A stretch of DNA of 10,025 nucleotides from Octopus sinensis (lineage: Eukaryota): positions 1 through 10,025 of the forward strand of contig NW_021827703.1 of assembly GCF_006345805.1 (NCBI RefSeq), read 5' to 3'. Positions 8,149 through 10,025 of this stretch are shown one piece after another. The notes beneath the pieces were generated by a model. That model searched no databases, had not been told where the DNA came from, and saw only the letters and a program-made list of their open reading frames with translations. The position numbers and the translations under genes are program-made. How positions within the stretch are numbered: the stretch's first letter is position 1; each line of letters starts with the position of its first letter.

Positions 8149-8272
8149 GTGTTTGTTACCACAACATGATTTGACAACTGGTGCTGGTTTGTTTACGTCC
8201 GTTCCCGTAAGATAGCAGTTTAGCAAAAGAGACAGATAAAATATGTAGTGGTTTATACAAGTAAAATAAAAC
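8149..8272 (+). mobile_element. SINE 3' fragment with internal deletion (same family as 9683-9862)
   Basis: TGGTTTGTTTACGTCCGTTCCCGTA..ATAAAATATGTA aligns with the reverse complement of 9770-9855 (TGGTTTGTTTTCGTCCCCGTA..ATAAAATAAGTA); resembles a recalled abundant Octopus SINE. Confidence 0.65.
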
Positions 8273-8550
8273 ACACACTGAAAGAGGATCCTCTCAATAT
8301 CCCCTTAGCAGCTGCTCTAGAACCTTAGCCGTGGTCCGTTACCACTGGTGAGATGATCATGTACTCCAAGTGCTTGCGGAGGTGACATCAAAAGGCATTC
8401 GGTCCAATAAATCTATATAGTATATACGTGTACATACATACATACATGGTGGCTGCCCCATCGTTATCGAGTATGGCCATTGCACGAAGCTTAATCAATG
8501 TTGTTATCGTGCAATGGCTGTGCAAGAAGTTTTTTTTAAGTGTATGTATG

Positions 8551-8607
8551 CATGCATACATACACATACAAACATACATGTTGGATAAATACATACACAT
8601 ACATACA
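8551..8607. repeat. Degenerate (CATA)n
   Basis: Read directly. Confidence 0.8.
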
Positions 8608-8840
8608 GATTGGATTCGCCAGTCCGATTTACTAGTGGCACAGTGAAGATTTGTAAAACATTCCAGAAATTCTCCATGTGAGATTCTTAATGTGAATAGA
8701 TGCACATACTTGGACGTATGCATCGACAGTTCAACCGACGTATCAACTTAACCACATATCTAGAAACACAGGGAACTCTCTTAACTCAAAAAGTCATGTT
8801 GCTTTGTTAGTGACCGGTTTGAACATCCTCAAAGAAAAAT

Positions 8841-8882
8841 TATACATGCATACATACATACATACATACATACATACATACA

Positions 8883-8914
<32 letters not shown>

Positions 8915-8933
8915 GACATACATACATATATAC

Positions 8934-8977
<44 letters not shown>

Positions 8978-9207
8978 TTACATACATACATGCATACATA
9001 CATACATACATACATACATACATACATACATGTATGCATGCATGCATACATATATATTTACATACATACATACATACATGCATACATACATACATACATA
9101 CATACATACATACATGCATGCATGCATACATACATATATACTTACATACATACATATGTACGTACATACATACATACATACATGTGCGAGAGTGTGTGTG
9201 AGTGTGT

Positions 9208-9262
<55 letters not shown>
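8841..9262. repeat. Long (TACA)n array followed by (TG)n
   Basis: TACA with TGCA/TATA/TTTA variants 8841-9183; (TG)n with GA variants 9184-9262. Confidence 0.97.
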
Positions 9263-9264
<2 letters not shown>

Positions 9265-9440
9265 GGTGCGCGGCCTAATAGAGTGTCACGCTCACGATCG
9301 CTAGATTGTGGTTTCGATTCCCGGAGCAGCGGTGCGCTGTGTTCTGGGGCAAAACACCCTATTTGACGTTGTTTCAGTGCACCCACAGTAATTGAGTAAG
9401 CCTGTCCACCTAACCAGTGGTGATATTCGAAAGCTAAAAC
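9262..9440 (+). mobile_element. Degenerate tRNA-derived SINE
   Basis: B-box GGTTTCGATTCCC (9310-9322) identical to 425-437; downstream AAAACACC also shared with the 372-730 SINE; A-box eroded; 3' boundary approximate. Confidence 0.7.
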
Positions 9441-9682
9441 AGTCCAAAGAAGCATATTGTGACTAGCGGAGTGATGCTACATACTGCCGGTCACAATGCG
9501 CTTAGTCTGGTCCATAAAGTCATAAAATGATATATATATATGTTATAATTTTACAAGAAGATGGGTGAAAATGATGTCAGAGTTTCTGCTTGCAGACTTG
9601 CGTTTCAATGTCACGTTTCATGTTAAATTGTTTTTGTTATAACTCGACATCAAACACACACATACACTTACACACACTCACA

Positions 9683-9862
9683 TTTTCTTGCATTTGTTTC
9701 AGTTATTGGGTTGTGGCCCTGCTGGGGTTCCTCCATGAAGGGTTTTAGTCTGACAAATTAAGTTACTTTTTTCTTGAAGTTTGATACTTATTTTATGAGT
9801 TTCGTTTAGCGAACCGTTAAATACGGGGACGAAAACAAACCAAACCGGCTGCAAATACAAAC
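9683..9862 (-). mobile_element. SINE 3' half
   Basis: Inverted homologue of 8149-8272; minus strand ends GACTAAAACCCTTCA..CCCCAGCAGGGCCACA..ACTGAAACAAATGCAAGA, resembling the recalled Octopus SINE tail. Confidence 0.7.
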
Positions 9863-9868
9863 ACAAAA

Positions 9869-9871
<3 letters not shown>

Positions 9872-9913
<42 letters not shown>
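9872..9913. repeat. (CA)n microsatellite
   Basis: Read directly. Confidence 0.97.
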
Positions 9914-9915
<2 letters not shown>

Positions 9916-10025
9916 AGATGATACATATATTATGCAAAGATATACATATATACACATATACAGTTATATAATGGGTGGGGGGCAAGAGTAACGGACGTTT
10001 TTGAATGGCTATTACTCAGCGCCAG

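Noticed and set aside
8283-8294. 12-bp palindrome AGAGGATCCTCT
   Set aside because: About two such palindromes are expected by chance in 10 kb.
8794-9455. Similar overlapping ORFs up to 173 aa
   Set aside because: Same microsatellite artefact from (TACA)n and (TG)n.
1-10025. CRISPR array, rRNA or prokaryotic operon/defence system
   Set aside because: No repeat-spacer array or prokaryotic gene structure; content is eukaryotic transposon and microsatellite DNA.

Overview
Repeat-saturated, AT-rich eukaryotic (non-prokaryotic) DNA. The SINE families and (TACA)n/(TA)n/(CA)n/(TCTA)n microsatellites look like an Octopus (coleoid cephalopod) genome; this taxon call is from recalled repeat families, not a search. 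No intact host gene is evident, and most ORF-track entries are translations of microsatellites. Decayed mobile elements: a 5'-truncated R4/Dong-like non-LTR retrotransposon with RT C-terminus, CCHC knuckle and restriction-like endonuclease (1751-3369, +), flanked on both sides by (CATA)n; a 5' part of a maT/DD37D-like transposase (6389-6957, +); an internally deleted mariner (DD34D) with TIRs and TA TSD (7225-8133, -); a Helitron-like 3' end (5866-5902); and at least six SINE copies or fragments. Most notable unexplained structures: a 248-bp spacer-less palindrome (5903-6150), a young 55-bp inverted duplication of the mariner end (7153-7301), a small inverted-repeat element holding telomere-like 12-mers (4230-4414), a possible SINE/LINE shared 3' tail, and several templated-insertion or template-switch scars.
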